Positions 9,101 through 17,600 of a DNA stretch of 32,926 nt are shown here, one piece after another. The notes beneath the pieces are model-generated. The model was not told the DNA's origin. It made no database searches and saw only the letters and a list, made by a program, of their open reading frames with translations. Source of the stretch: Candidatus Binatia bacterium (GTDB lineage: Bacteria; Desulfobacterota; Binatia; HRBIN30; CADEER01); the NCBI GenBank assembly GCA_028282445.1, contig JANQHZ010001023.1:1-32926 (forward strand). The letters run 5' to 3'. Each line of letters starts with the position of its first letter. Position 1 is the stretch's first letter. Position numbers and translations under genes: made by a program.

Positions 9101-12100
9101 CCGGGGCCGTTCGACCTTACGGCCATCGGTGCCACCGCGGCGGATGTGCTGGAGGTGCAGGGCAACACCACGCAGCCGCTGCCACAACTCGTCATTCCGG
9201 TAGTACCGCCACGGGTCGAGCTGATCACGGTTCGTCCACCGCGCGTCCCGGGTAACATCGCCGGCCCCGTCGTTTTGGTGGGTAATCCAGCGCCGATCAT
9301 CGACGACGATACACAAGGAGACAGCGACGGCGACAACGACGGCAACATCGAAGCCGGCGAGACGGTCGAGCTAACGCTGTTCGTCCGCAACCACGGCAAC
9401 GTCGACATCACGACCGGCTTCGTCGTCTTGCAGGTCGCGGATGGCGCGGTTCCCGTGTCGCCGGAACGTATCGACGTCGACCTCCTCGAGCCCGACGTAG
9501 CACACGGCTTCGGCCCGTTCGTTTTCGAAGCGCCTGCGGATCCTAACCAGCGGCGCTACACGCTCTCTTACCTCAACGACGGCGGCCTGGCGACGCAGAT
9601 TACGTTCGAGCTGCCACTTGGCGTCGAGCACCTCGACGTACCGATTCAGAGCGAGATCGTCGCCCGTTTCTCCGAGCCGGTCGACGCTTCGAGCGTCGAG
9701 ACGGCATTCTCTCTCGAGCTCGAAAACGGTGGCAGCCCGACACGGGTCGAGACACGCCTGTTTATCAGCGACGGCGACCGCGTCGCAACGCTGCGCCCGC
9801 TGGCCGATCTCGACGACAACAGCATCTATCGCACGACCTTGACCAACGGAATCGTCGACCTCGGCGGCCGGCCCCTCGACCCGGCCCCGGTCATCGAGCT
9901 GTTTCGTACGGAAGACCTCACTCCACCAGCGCCAATCCCGCCCGGGCAAATCGAGGCTTCGGTGCCCGATGCCGACGGCTTCGTCACAATCACCGCGTCA
10001 CCCGGATCGGTCAATCCGGACGACACCGTCATCGTCCTCAACGAAAGCACCGGCTACACCGCATTCCCCGACGTCCAACCCGACGGCAGCTTCACTGCGA
10101 TGGTCCTGGCCGCGGTCACCGATCGGATCACCATTCTGGTGCGCGACCGCACCGACAACGAGTTCCGGATCGACGTGGGGCCGTTTGTGAATCGTGATCC
10201 GGTGACGGGGGAGATTCTGTCGGCTTTCCTCGATCGTCGCGGCGGCGAGATCGTCAGCGCCGACGGCACTACGTTGGTCGTCCCTGCCGGGGCGCTCAAC
10301 GGAGCGGTCGAGCTATCGGTATCCAGTGAATCGGAGCCCTTCGAGCTTCCTACGGATATCGCAGCCGAACCGGATCTCGCAGCTGCCTTTGACTCGGCCT
10401 TCTCGGTCGTGCGGCGAATCCGAGTCGACGCGGAGTTAAGTTTTGCGGCGCCGGTAGAGCTTAAGATGCCCGCTCCCGGAGGATCGGAAGTTGGGGACCT
10501 GTTCCTGGTCGTCTGGACACGTACCGTAACGATTGGAGGTATCCTCGCTGACCTCGACCAGGTGACGGGGCTCACCGCAGCAGAGAACCCGGTTCGTAAC
10601 GTTGACCGACTGGAGATCATCGAGACGGCGACCGTAAAGGAAGAAGGGGGCCGGCTCACGCTTTCGACGGACTCGCCGCCGTTCCCAGGTATTCTTGAGC
10701 CGGGCGTCCTGACCATTCTGAAACCGCAGCGTCAGCTTTCGTTCCTTGCGGGAGAGGTTCGTAGAGATCTCGACGATAAGCCGATCGCAGCGGCGGTGGT
10801 TCGCAGTCTTCCAGATCAGCTAGCGACCGCCGCATTCGTGGGTGTTTCTAGTTTCGCGGGCAGGTTCGTAGTGCCTGATGGGATCCTGGCAGATCCTTCG
10901 GTGGTAGGAGACGGGGCCCTCGCGAGTCGCTTGGACACGAATGATCCCAGATTCGGGCGCGTGATCCGTCGTGATGTTCGTGCCAGCAGCGGCCCGCCGG
11001 CGCCCCCGAATGTGTTCGTCGCTCACTTAATCGAGACACTCGTACTACCAGAATCGCTCCCAGGCGCATTCGTCGAAGTTCTGGGAGACATAGAGCCTCC
11101 GAAGGTTCAGATCTCTCATTCGTCCGGTGGCTCGTCGCCGCATATCGTGAACCTGGGCCAGCTGCTGCACGTGCGAATCATTGCGACAGATAACGATCGA
11201 ATATCTTTCTCCAAGCTCTCGGTTGACGAAGGTTCTGGACCAGTTTCACTTCCACTAGACTCTGACGGTTCGGGGCAGTTCACCCCAGGACGCCCCGGGG
11301 TTGTCGAGCTGACGGCCGAGGCTCGCGATCCAAGCGGTAACGTAACCTTCGAGAACCGCTTCCTTCTAGTCGTCGGTAGCAGCGGTCCCGTTTCAGTCGA
11401 CTCCCCTCCGTTCGTTCTACCGGATTCAAGTCAATCAGGCCTTGGGGAAAGCGGCGCGATAGTCCGGCAGTTTTCTGAACCAATCGATCCGGGCACGATC
11501 AACGAAGGTTCGATCCAGCTCCTGGACCCTGAGGGGCGTACTGTCGCCGTTCAGCTATCTCTAGACCCCAGCCGTACTCGCCTGTCAGTTTCACCTGTTC
11601 GGCAGCTTCGGTTCGGTGCCGTCTATACTTTGGTGATCGGGAGCGAGGTCGAGGACGCGACGGGTCAGCCTTTGGCGGCAACCTCGGCTGGGGCACTGGC
11701 TGGGCACCCGGTTGCATTCTCCGGCGAGGTGGCTGTTGTTTCGACGACTGCCGCGACTGGGCATACCTCGCAGATCACAACTCCTTCGATTAGCCAGCGC
11801 CCTGGGCCAAGTCCCGGACAGCCAACCATACCAGCGGCGCACGTCGAAGATCTCGACGTCGCGGGGGACCTGCTGGTTGTGGTCGATCACCCGAGTTCTT
11901 CAAGCGTCGGCATGAACGGGCATCTTCGAGTGTACAAAGTCTTCGACCCCAACGCACCCGATGGGTATGAGAACCCGCCGCTACTACTGGGAAGTGGAGA
12001 GGCTGCAGGTCGCCCACTGACATTGGCTGTCGATGGCACAAGAGCTTACGTTGGAAATCGCTTCTTGGGGAATCTCTTACGGAAGGAACCTAAGTCGATT

Positions 12101-14617
12101 ATTGCGACCGGGACGCCGGAAGAGATCGCTACGCTGAACACGCCGTTCAGAGACCTTGGTTGCCGTCCCCACCCGACGCTTGGGGTGATCTGCTACATCG
12201 AAGTCATTACGGAGACCATATCTGACCTTCCGAAGCCTCCCACTAACTTCGAAGTTTTCGACCTGGGTCAGCCATCATCCCCCGTATCCGTCGGCCGCAG
12301 CGCAACCAATTTCGCTTCGGCTGATGTCTGGAATCCCAACACATGGCCGCAGCGCGTTGAGGTCTTAAGGCCCCCCCGTGAACCGCAGAGTGCTGCAAGC
12401 TTCGACGGTGTCGGGTTGCTCCACTTCTTGGGCAACATAGAACTCTTCGGGAGGGACGATCCGGCGCCTCTTGGAGTTGTCGGTCGTGTCCAGGGCTACG
12501 GCGAGTTTCTCGGTCGTTGCGATCGGCCCGCGGGCGAAGCGAACGAACCCTGCGCCATCCTACCGCCCACGATCACTGGGATTCCAAGAAACGAGTGCCG
12601 CCCTTACGATTGCATCGCGACGACGGAGTTTCTCGATGCGGCTTTCGTTAGGGACCACGCCTACTCGCTGGGAGCCGACGGACTTCGCGTTCTCAGGTTG
12701 TCGACAGACCCACTGGTCGGCTTCTGGACAGTCGGAGACGTTGTCGAGATCCAAGGGGTGCGCACAGCCAGAATCGGTGGCGTTGCCGCCTTCGGCGCGA
12801 CTGCTTCTCTGCCCGGAACTGATCTAATCTTCGTCGCCAGTGAGGTTGGCGGGTTGTCGATATTCGACGTGACGCAACCAGCCGCCCCGGTTCCCCTCTC
12901 GATATTGCCTGGGATCTTCGGAAATATGTCATTTGACGCATGCCGGGGTCTGGCGTACTTCCACGGGCGTCCCAATCCCGCCGGCGGTGCCTTCCACGTC
13001 ATCGACTTCAACGACCCAAGGCAACCGATTGAGTTGAATCATCCCGGAACTGGCGCAGCCTTTGCCGTGACTGGCGCAGGCATGAAGTTTAGCCCAAATG
13101 GAAACGCCAGTTCGGACGGCACCGTTTTTCTCGCCGGTGAAGCAGGCGTTGTGTTAGTCGACGTACCGCTGCCGAGGCGATCTTCAGCAACTGACCAGCG
13201 CTTGGCTTGCAGTGAACTGGAATTGGAATTCCTTGACGCTGACAACGATCCAATTGACCCACAGACACACGCCTTGAACGTGAGCAACTGGGTCACGACC
13301 AACGGACTATCCAAGAGCGGAAGTCTAGGGTTTTCTGACGTCGAACCACTCTTCTCGCCACTACCATCCCCACCCGCTGGATCGCAGCGCAGGGACCCAG
13401 ACAATTTCCGGATTCAGCTTCGCGATGCTTCTACCGACACACCCGCAGACATTTCGATTCGTGTCCTTATCGAAGGTGATCCTGCGAGACTACGTCCTAT
13501 CGGTTGTGGTGCAACCACATCTACCGAACTTAAGTACTCGCCCGGGAAAAAATGGTCGGCCGGCCGCGTATTTAGGGGCGACTTTCTAAGACTGGTCAGC
13601 GACTGTGCAGACTCGAACACCGCAGCCAATGCCGGGTTATCTGGAACGACCCTGCTAGTAGCGCTCGGCGACAAGGTCCAAGCGCGTTACACAAACGCGC
13701 GAGGTGAACCTGTCGAGAAGGAGATTCACGTTGGCCGACCATCGTCCGAGGACAAGAATGGCAACGATCAATACCAGCATGACATCCGGGACCTCCGGAT
13801 CAGCGTCGTGGCTTTCGAAGACCCAAGCCTTACGACGCCGATAATCGATATCCTATGCGAGGATATTTCGCGCGCGAACGAGAGGTTGGCCCAGTCTACT
13901 ATTAGGTTGCGAATCGGTACGATCACCGCGGGAACTGGCAACTGCGTATGCACCGGGGACGCTTGCTGCGAAAGCGCTGGTCGTCAACAGATGCAGAGTT
14001 GTGCGGGTCGCCCATTGCCGCCCTTCGGATTCGCAACCCCGGGCGTATTCTCGGCTTTGGAATTCGGGCCCACGCGAACAACGGCGCTTAGCGATGAGGT
14101 CGAGCTAGCCCAGCTCGGTGATGGCGACGTCAACAGCGTTGATCTGTTTTACGTCCCGACTCTCGAGGTGGCCGATACGAACGGGAACTTACTACCGCTG
14201 CCGCCGATACCTGGTCTCACATATACGATGCCGTTCGACTCAACTATTCGTAACACAGTCGTACTGACATACCCTTGTGACGACGCAAGTAAGGCTTGCC
14301 CCACGGATCCCGGAACAACGACTCCTTTGCCAATTCATCGGCGGCAAGATCATCCGTATGTGCTTCCTCATGAACTAATGCACGTGTTGCTCGAGCTACC
14401 TTTCCACCGACCCTTCGCCATAAGGGGTCAGGGGAGGGTGGCGGGCCCGAATAATCCAGTTGACCCGGTCGAGTCGCTCTTTTCCGCGCCACCCAGCGCG
14501 ACCAGCCCCAGTGGCTCGAGCGCAAAGAGGATTGGGCCATTCCCGCACAGGGTGCAGCACCAAGCTGGAGATCAGGACACAAAGACGATCCGGGACCATG
14601 CGGAAAGCCTGCCATAG
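6113..14617 (+). CDS. Giant secreted protein (2834 aa): N-terminal dockerin-like domain, PT linker, Ig/Big_5-like, prealbumin-like and ZU5-like domains, LVIVD-like propeller, C-terminal HExxH putative zinc-metallopeptidase domain
   Basis: Signal MRVRRSTSALATFVVLLTAAFHTAVA. Dockerin-like GDVDGNGTTDIVDAMFVGQ...GDVNGDKRIDIIDGLFIAQ (6206-6406). PT linker ~6416-6640. Big_5-like FSKAV/FSEPVD/FSEPID motifs, three GGxI..LxIP/VPxGAL ZU5-like motifs, and LSIFDVTQPAAP / FHVIDFNDPRQP propeller motifs. HELMH at 14369-14383. Confidence 0.9.
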   Translation: MRVRRSTSALATFVVLLTAAFHTAVAGEAPTCGVCGDVDGNGTTDIVDAMFVGQRAVGLRSSIPCPEDGDVNGDKRIDIIDGLFIAQFTVGLRESLGCGEVTPTPTPVATHTPTPSPTVSPTWTSTHTKTTTPTETPTDTPTLTPTDTPTDTPNVTRTQTPTPTETPTTTPTFTPTEGLAMAIVDPPEGEVFATSPITVSGTISQEGARALVANVLADVDGTDFEAAGVALSEGENMLQARALKGFTNEASTTRMVVLDTIPPFLNILSPADRSIQSQSAVDVVALVTDANPVTCRVNEEETSIEEDSFTEDSPLDEGENLISVICTDTAGNSTTRTLTVFYDDAFLTITNVVPLPGATEVAPDADVVIDFSKAVAPATVNASTLFLRSGSRILASTVNVDADGTRVTLDPSEDLVPGAEVHIKVTTGVTDSLGIPLTSPFSSSFTVAGLQVDAGAIRGEVYDDTRSLPLAEAAVQVFSSGGGQLLATGSTDERGRYLFDVDETSVRLRIDKEGFTTVERTLEEVSETLSEVFDARLTPLAAPQAVTALLGGEIATALGHRLTIPAGALASDAEIAFTDISPQGPRAPYPPGWSPVAAIEIGGTLSFDPAAELALLDPSGDAGGLDAVVARYDEQAGVWIALLQLSVAENGATIVDGVDRSGQYALLVADRSDSATDLITPGQSLPVSPSEEIPADATGAAEVVPEVGRADDPTPAQATVTILSASPMRSGSLLRGDFMELFLLRDGGQLTPVGSSQDFVAYRLPGDDAGTTLVATFPIAPSRTFSLAELDTGTVTVALERAAMTATSLVGPEGGGIESEAGGRVLIPPGALADGVPVDLRQLEGTSLPSSGNDDIIAIGGFDLDLSGAFAGESLTLVLANAAAAVPTGFSVVVAEVRNIGGRDRLVLVALGIVEGDDVSMVSEVGGVVLPGVRGGGRYGFYRVASSLELVTGSVREDATGLGDGHLAQLAQLPFASVSGETGSDAGGGLFALVAAPGPFDLTAIGATAADVLEVQGNTTQPLPQLVIPVVPPRVELITVRPPRVPGNIAGPVVLVGNPAPIIDDDTQGDSDGDNDGNIEAGETVELTLFVRNHGNVDITTGFVVLQVADGAVPVSPERIDVDLLEPDVAHGFGPFVFEAPADPNQRRYTLSYLNDGGLATQITFELPLGVEHLDVPIQSEIVARFSEPVDASSVETAFSLELENGGSPTRVETRLFISDGDRVATLRPLADLDDNSIYRTTLTNGIVDLGGRPLDPAPVIELFRTEDLTPPAPIPPGQIEASVPDADGFVTITASPGSVNPDDTVIVLNESTGYTAFPDVQPDGSFTAMVLAAVTDRITILVRDRTDNEFRIDVGPFVNRDPVTGEILSAFLDRRGGEIVSADGTTLVVPAGALNGAVELSVSSESEPFELPTDIAAEPDLAAAFDSAFSVVRRIRVDAELSFAAPVELKMPAPGGSEVGDLFLVVWTRTVTIGGILADLDQVTGLTAAENPVRNVDRLEIIETATVKEEGGRLTLSTDSPPFPGILEPGVLTILKPQRQLSFLAGEVRRDLDDKPIAAAVVRSLPDQLATAAFVGVSSFAGRFVVPDGILADPSVVGDGALASRLDTNDPRFGRVIRRDVRASSGPPAPPNVFVAHLIETLVLPESLPGAFVEVLGDIEPPKVQISHSSGGSSPHIVNLGQLLHVRIIATDNDRISFSKLSVDEGSGPVSLPLDSDGSGQFTPGRPGVVELTAEARDPSGNVTFENRFLLVVGSSGPVSVDSPPFVLPDSSQSGLGESGAIVRQFSEPIDPGTINEGSIQLLDPEGRTVAVQLSLDPSRTRLSVSPVRQLRFGAVYTLVIGSEVEDATGQPLAATSAGALAGHPVAFSGEVAVVSTTAATGHTSQITTPSISQRPGPSPGQPTIPAAHVEDLDVAGDLLVVVDHPSSSSVGMNGHLRVYKVFDPNAPDGYENPPLLLGSGEAAGRPLTLAVDGTRAYVGNRFLGNLLRKEPKSIIATGTPEEIATLNTPFRDLGCRPHPTLGVICYIEVITETISDLPKPPTNFEVFDLGQPSSPVSVGRSATNFASADVWNPNTWPQRVEVLRPPREPQSAASFDGVGLLHFLGNIELFGRDDPAPLGVVGRVQGYGEFLGRCDRPAGEANEPCAILPPTITGIPRNECRPYDCIATTEFLDAAFVRDHAYSLGADGLRVLRLSTDPLVGFWTVGDVVEIQGVRTARIGGVAAFGATASLPGTDLIFVASEVGGLSIFDVTQPAAPVPLSILPGIFGNMSFDACRGLAYFHGRPNPAGGAFHVIDFNDPRQPIELNHPGTGAAFAVTGAGMKFSPNGNASSDGTVFLAGEAGVVLVDVPLPRRSSATDQRLACSELELEFLDADNDPIDPQTHALNVSNWVTTNGLSKSGSLGFSDVEPLFSPLPSPPAGSQRRDPDNFRIQLRDASTDTPADISIRVLIEGDPARLRPIGCGATTSTELKYSPGKKWSAGRVFRGDFLRLVSDCADSNTAANAGLSGTTLLVALGDKVQARYTNARGEPVEKEIHVGRPSSEDKNGNDQYQHDIRDLRISVVAFEDPSLTTPIIDILCEDISRANERLAQSTIRLRIGTITAGTGNCVCTGDACCESAGRQQMQSCAGRPLPPFGFATPGVFSALEFGPTRTTALSDEVELAQLGDGDVNSVDLFYVPTLEVADTNGNLLPLPPIPGLTYTMPFDSTIRNTVVLTYPCDDASKACPTDPGTTTPLPIHRRQDHPYVLPHELMHVLLELPFHRPFAIRGQGRVAGPNNPVDPVESLFSAPPSATSPSGSSAKRIGPFPHRVQHQAGDQDTKTIRDHAESLP

Positions 14618-17600
14618 CCTTGCTGTCGCCGCAGCGTTCTTTCTGAATCTGGCGCTCGCAAGCGCGCAGACGTTGACCTATGGGCAATATCAAGTCGGCG
14701 GTTTTGGCCTTGAGGTCTCGCCACCTGTCGTAACGGTGCCGCGAGATGTTCCGTCGAGTGTCACCACGAATCTTGTGGGTATCTCGACTGCACCAATCGG
14801 TTCAGTTGTACGGGCCCGGGTTCGGGGTCCGAGCATTCCTACTATTCAGATACTCACCGGGATTCCCGGTGGCTCGCTTCAACTTCCAGGTCTTTCTCAG
14901 GCGGGGATACACTTTCTTGAAGATATAGAGTTGGTCCTTGAATCGGGTGAGCTCATCGCCGCTGATCCACCAACGGTAAGTATCGATGTTCTCGACGAGT
15001 TCCTCGTGACTTCCGTCGTTTCGCGACCCCTCTCGCTCGAAGAAATCCGCGCGCTCGGTATCGAGTTCGACGAGAACAGCTTTCAAGCCTTCAGCTTCAC
15101 CGTCGCATTCACCACGAGCAGTGGCGTCGTCGAAATCGACTTCCCCGTTCTAATGCCGATCGTCGCGGGTGAGGAGCAGCCGCGGTTTATTCAGCCGCCG
15201 GGGTTTCAGTCGTTTCAGCAGATTCCGGGGCTGCCCAACATTTCTCTGGCACCGGCGATTCTGGAGCCGATCGAGGAGATTAAGGAGTCCCTGCCGCCGG
15301 GGGTGGAGATCCCGCCGATCCCGGGTGTGGTGGTTATTCCGGGGAACGTTGCCTTTCTCAATCAGTTCTTCAGCGTATTGCTTCTGGTATCCAACGAGGC
15401 GCCGGACGGAACTCCCTTGGTTGTGCGAGACGTCGAGGCGGAGATTGTGCTGCCGCCGGGGCAGGATGGAGTTCCGGGCGACATTACGTCGGATCCGCCT
15501 TATGCGCCTGGGGATCCGGAGTTCGATAACCCGCTACGAATCGCGAAGCTGGCTGACGAGGGGCGCGTGATCGTGCGGCCGGTGCTGTCGGCGGGGCCCG
15601 ATGGTGAGGAGGGGACGGGGGACGACGAGAATCGGCTGGTGCCGCAGGGGCGCGGTAGCGCTGAGTTCTTCGTCGAGGGTGTAAGGCAGGGGAATCACAT
15701 TGTCGAGATCGAGCTGCGCGGGATTCTCGACGGGCTGCCGGGCGGGCCGATCGAGATCTCGGGAATCACGGAAGGCGCGGTCGTCGTGCGTGACCCGAGC
15801 TTTTCGATCACCTTCATTCATCCGAACACCGTTCGCGCCGGCGAGGTCTACGAGCTGCGCGCGCACCTTCAGAATACCTCGGATGTCGACGCTAACCTGG
15901 TCACGGTGTGTCTCGAGGAGCGCAACCTCTCCGGGGCTCGCTTTGTTGACTCGGACGACAGCTGCCAGTTGATCGAGACGATCTTTCCAGGGGAATCCGG
16001 GGTCGCCGTGTTTCCGCTGGAGGCGTTGCGCACAGGGCGCGTCAACGCCTCGACCCTCGAGCTCGATGGTGAGGGCGGCGTGATCAGCGGTCGCCGCATC
16101 TCGTTGGTGACGGGTATCGGCGAATCGGGCGCTCCGACGTCGCCGGATACGCTGATTCTGCCGCCGTCTACCGGCCTGCTGCGCGAGCGCGCCAACAACG
16201 ACGATCTACTGTTTCGTGCCCTAGCGCTGCTCGGCGAGGCGCACTCGATCGCCACGGCGCCGCGCGGCAGCCTGCCGCCGGGTGTGTCGCCCATCGTTCC
16301 CGGTACGGTGATCCAGCGCGCGCGCGAGCTTACGGAGGCGGCTCTCCGACTCGATCTCAGCGTGCGGCCGGGGCCGAACGGTCAGCCGGAGCCGCTTCCC
16401 GACGGGCTGCTGCTGACCTTGCAGGATCTGCACTTCGATTTCCTCGGCGCCGGTAGCTTCGATTTCGGCTGGGACTCACTCTTTCGCAGCTCGCGCCAGG
16501 CGCGGCTGTTTGCCGAAGCGCTTGCCGAGGTGCTGGGGCGCGAGATGCAGTCCCTCGGCTTCGCGGACCTCATCGAGTTGCAGCAGTCCTGGGCGGATAC
16601 GGAGTCGTACCGCGACGCGCACGTGTCGATCGCGACGCAGGGGGGTACAACTCCCGCGTTCTCGATCACGGATAGCGTTGAGCGCACGCTTGGTGGTTCG
16701 CTCGATCCGGAGGGCGGCGATCGCGAGTTCCCGGGTGGCGACGTGCTCACGTTCCCGGGAAGCGGGCAGCTCGCGCTGCTCACTCGTCTCGAGTCATCGC
16801 GCTACGGAGTTGCGTTCGACGTAGCCACCGATACCACCTTCGACCTCGGCATTGTCGCGCCGGGAAGCGACGGACAATTGCGTCAGTTTGTCGTGCGTTC
16901 GCTCAGCGTCGCCCCCGGCGATGTGCTCAGCGCGACGATTCGTCCTCGTACGCAAACACCGGTGCTGTTCGAGCTCAACGGGCAAGTCTTGGTGCCCGCT
17001 GCGGAGCTGGTCATCGTCGACGGTCCTCCCGAGATTCTCGGCGTGATTCAGAATGCCGACCGCGAAGTCGATCGCTTCGGGCGCGTCGTGGCGATTCTTT
17101 TCGACGAGGAGGTCGATCCGGCGACCGCTACGCCGCCGGGCAACTACGCGGTGAGCGACAATGAGATCGCCATGTTGGCGCCGCCGAACTTGATCGATGG
17201 CAACGCGGCGCGGCAGGCGCTGGTGCAGTTCGGCAACCGCATCGTCTTCGTCGGCATGCGCGATCCGGTCGGGCCTTTCCGCACGCGCACACTCGACATT
17301 GTCGGCGTTCGCGACCTGCGTGGCCAAGAGATGGATCCGGCACTGGGCGTGCCGATCCTCGCCGATCCGGACATCGAGAACGGGGCGACCCTGACCGGGC
17401 GCGTGCGCCGCGCTGATGGTACGCCGGTGGCGAATGCCGAGATCACGTATCGCAATACCGACAGCAACCAGATTGGTCGGTTCGAGAGGACGATCTCGGT
17501 TAAACCCGCTGACGCCGAGGGTGGCTACGGATTCGACTTCGTTCTCAAGAGCCCGGACGGACCGTTCCGTATCCGCGCCCGCGACCCGATCACTGGTGAG

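Noticed and set aside
14460-14597. ORF-track start (TTG 14460) for the giant protein
   Set aside because: It adds 46 aa of non-signal-like sequence overlapping the upstream gene. ATG 14598 gives a proper signal peptide.
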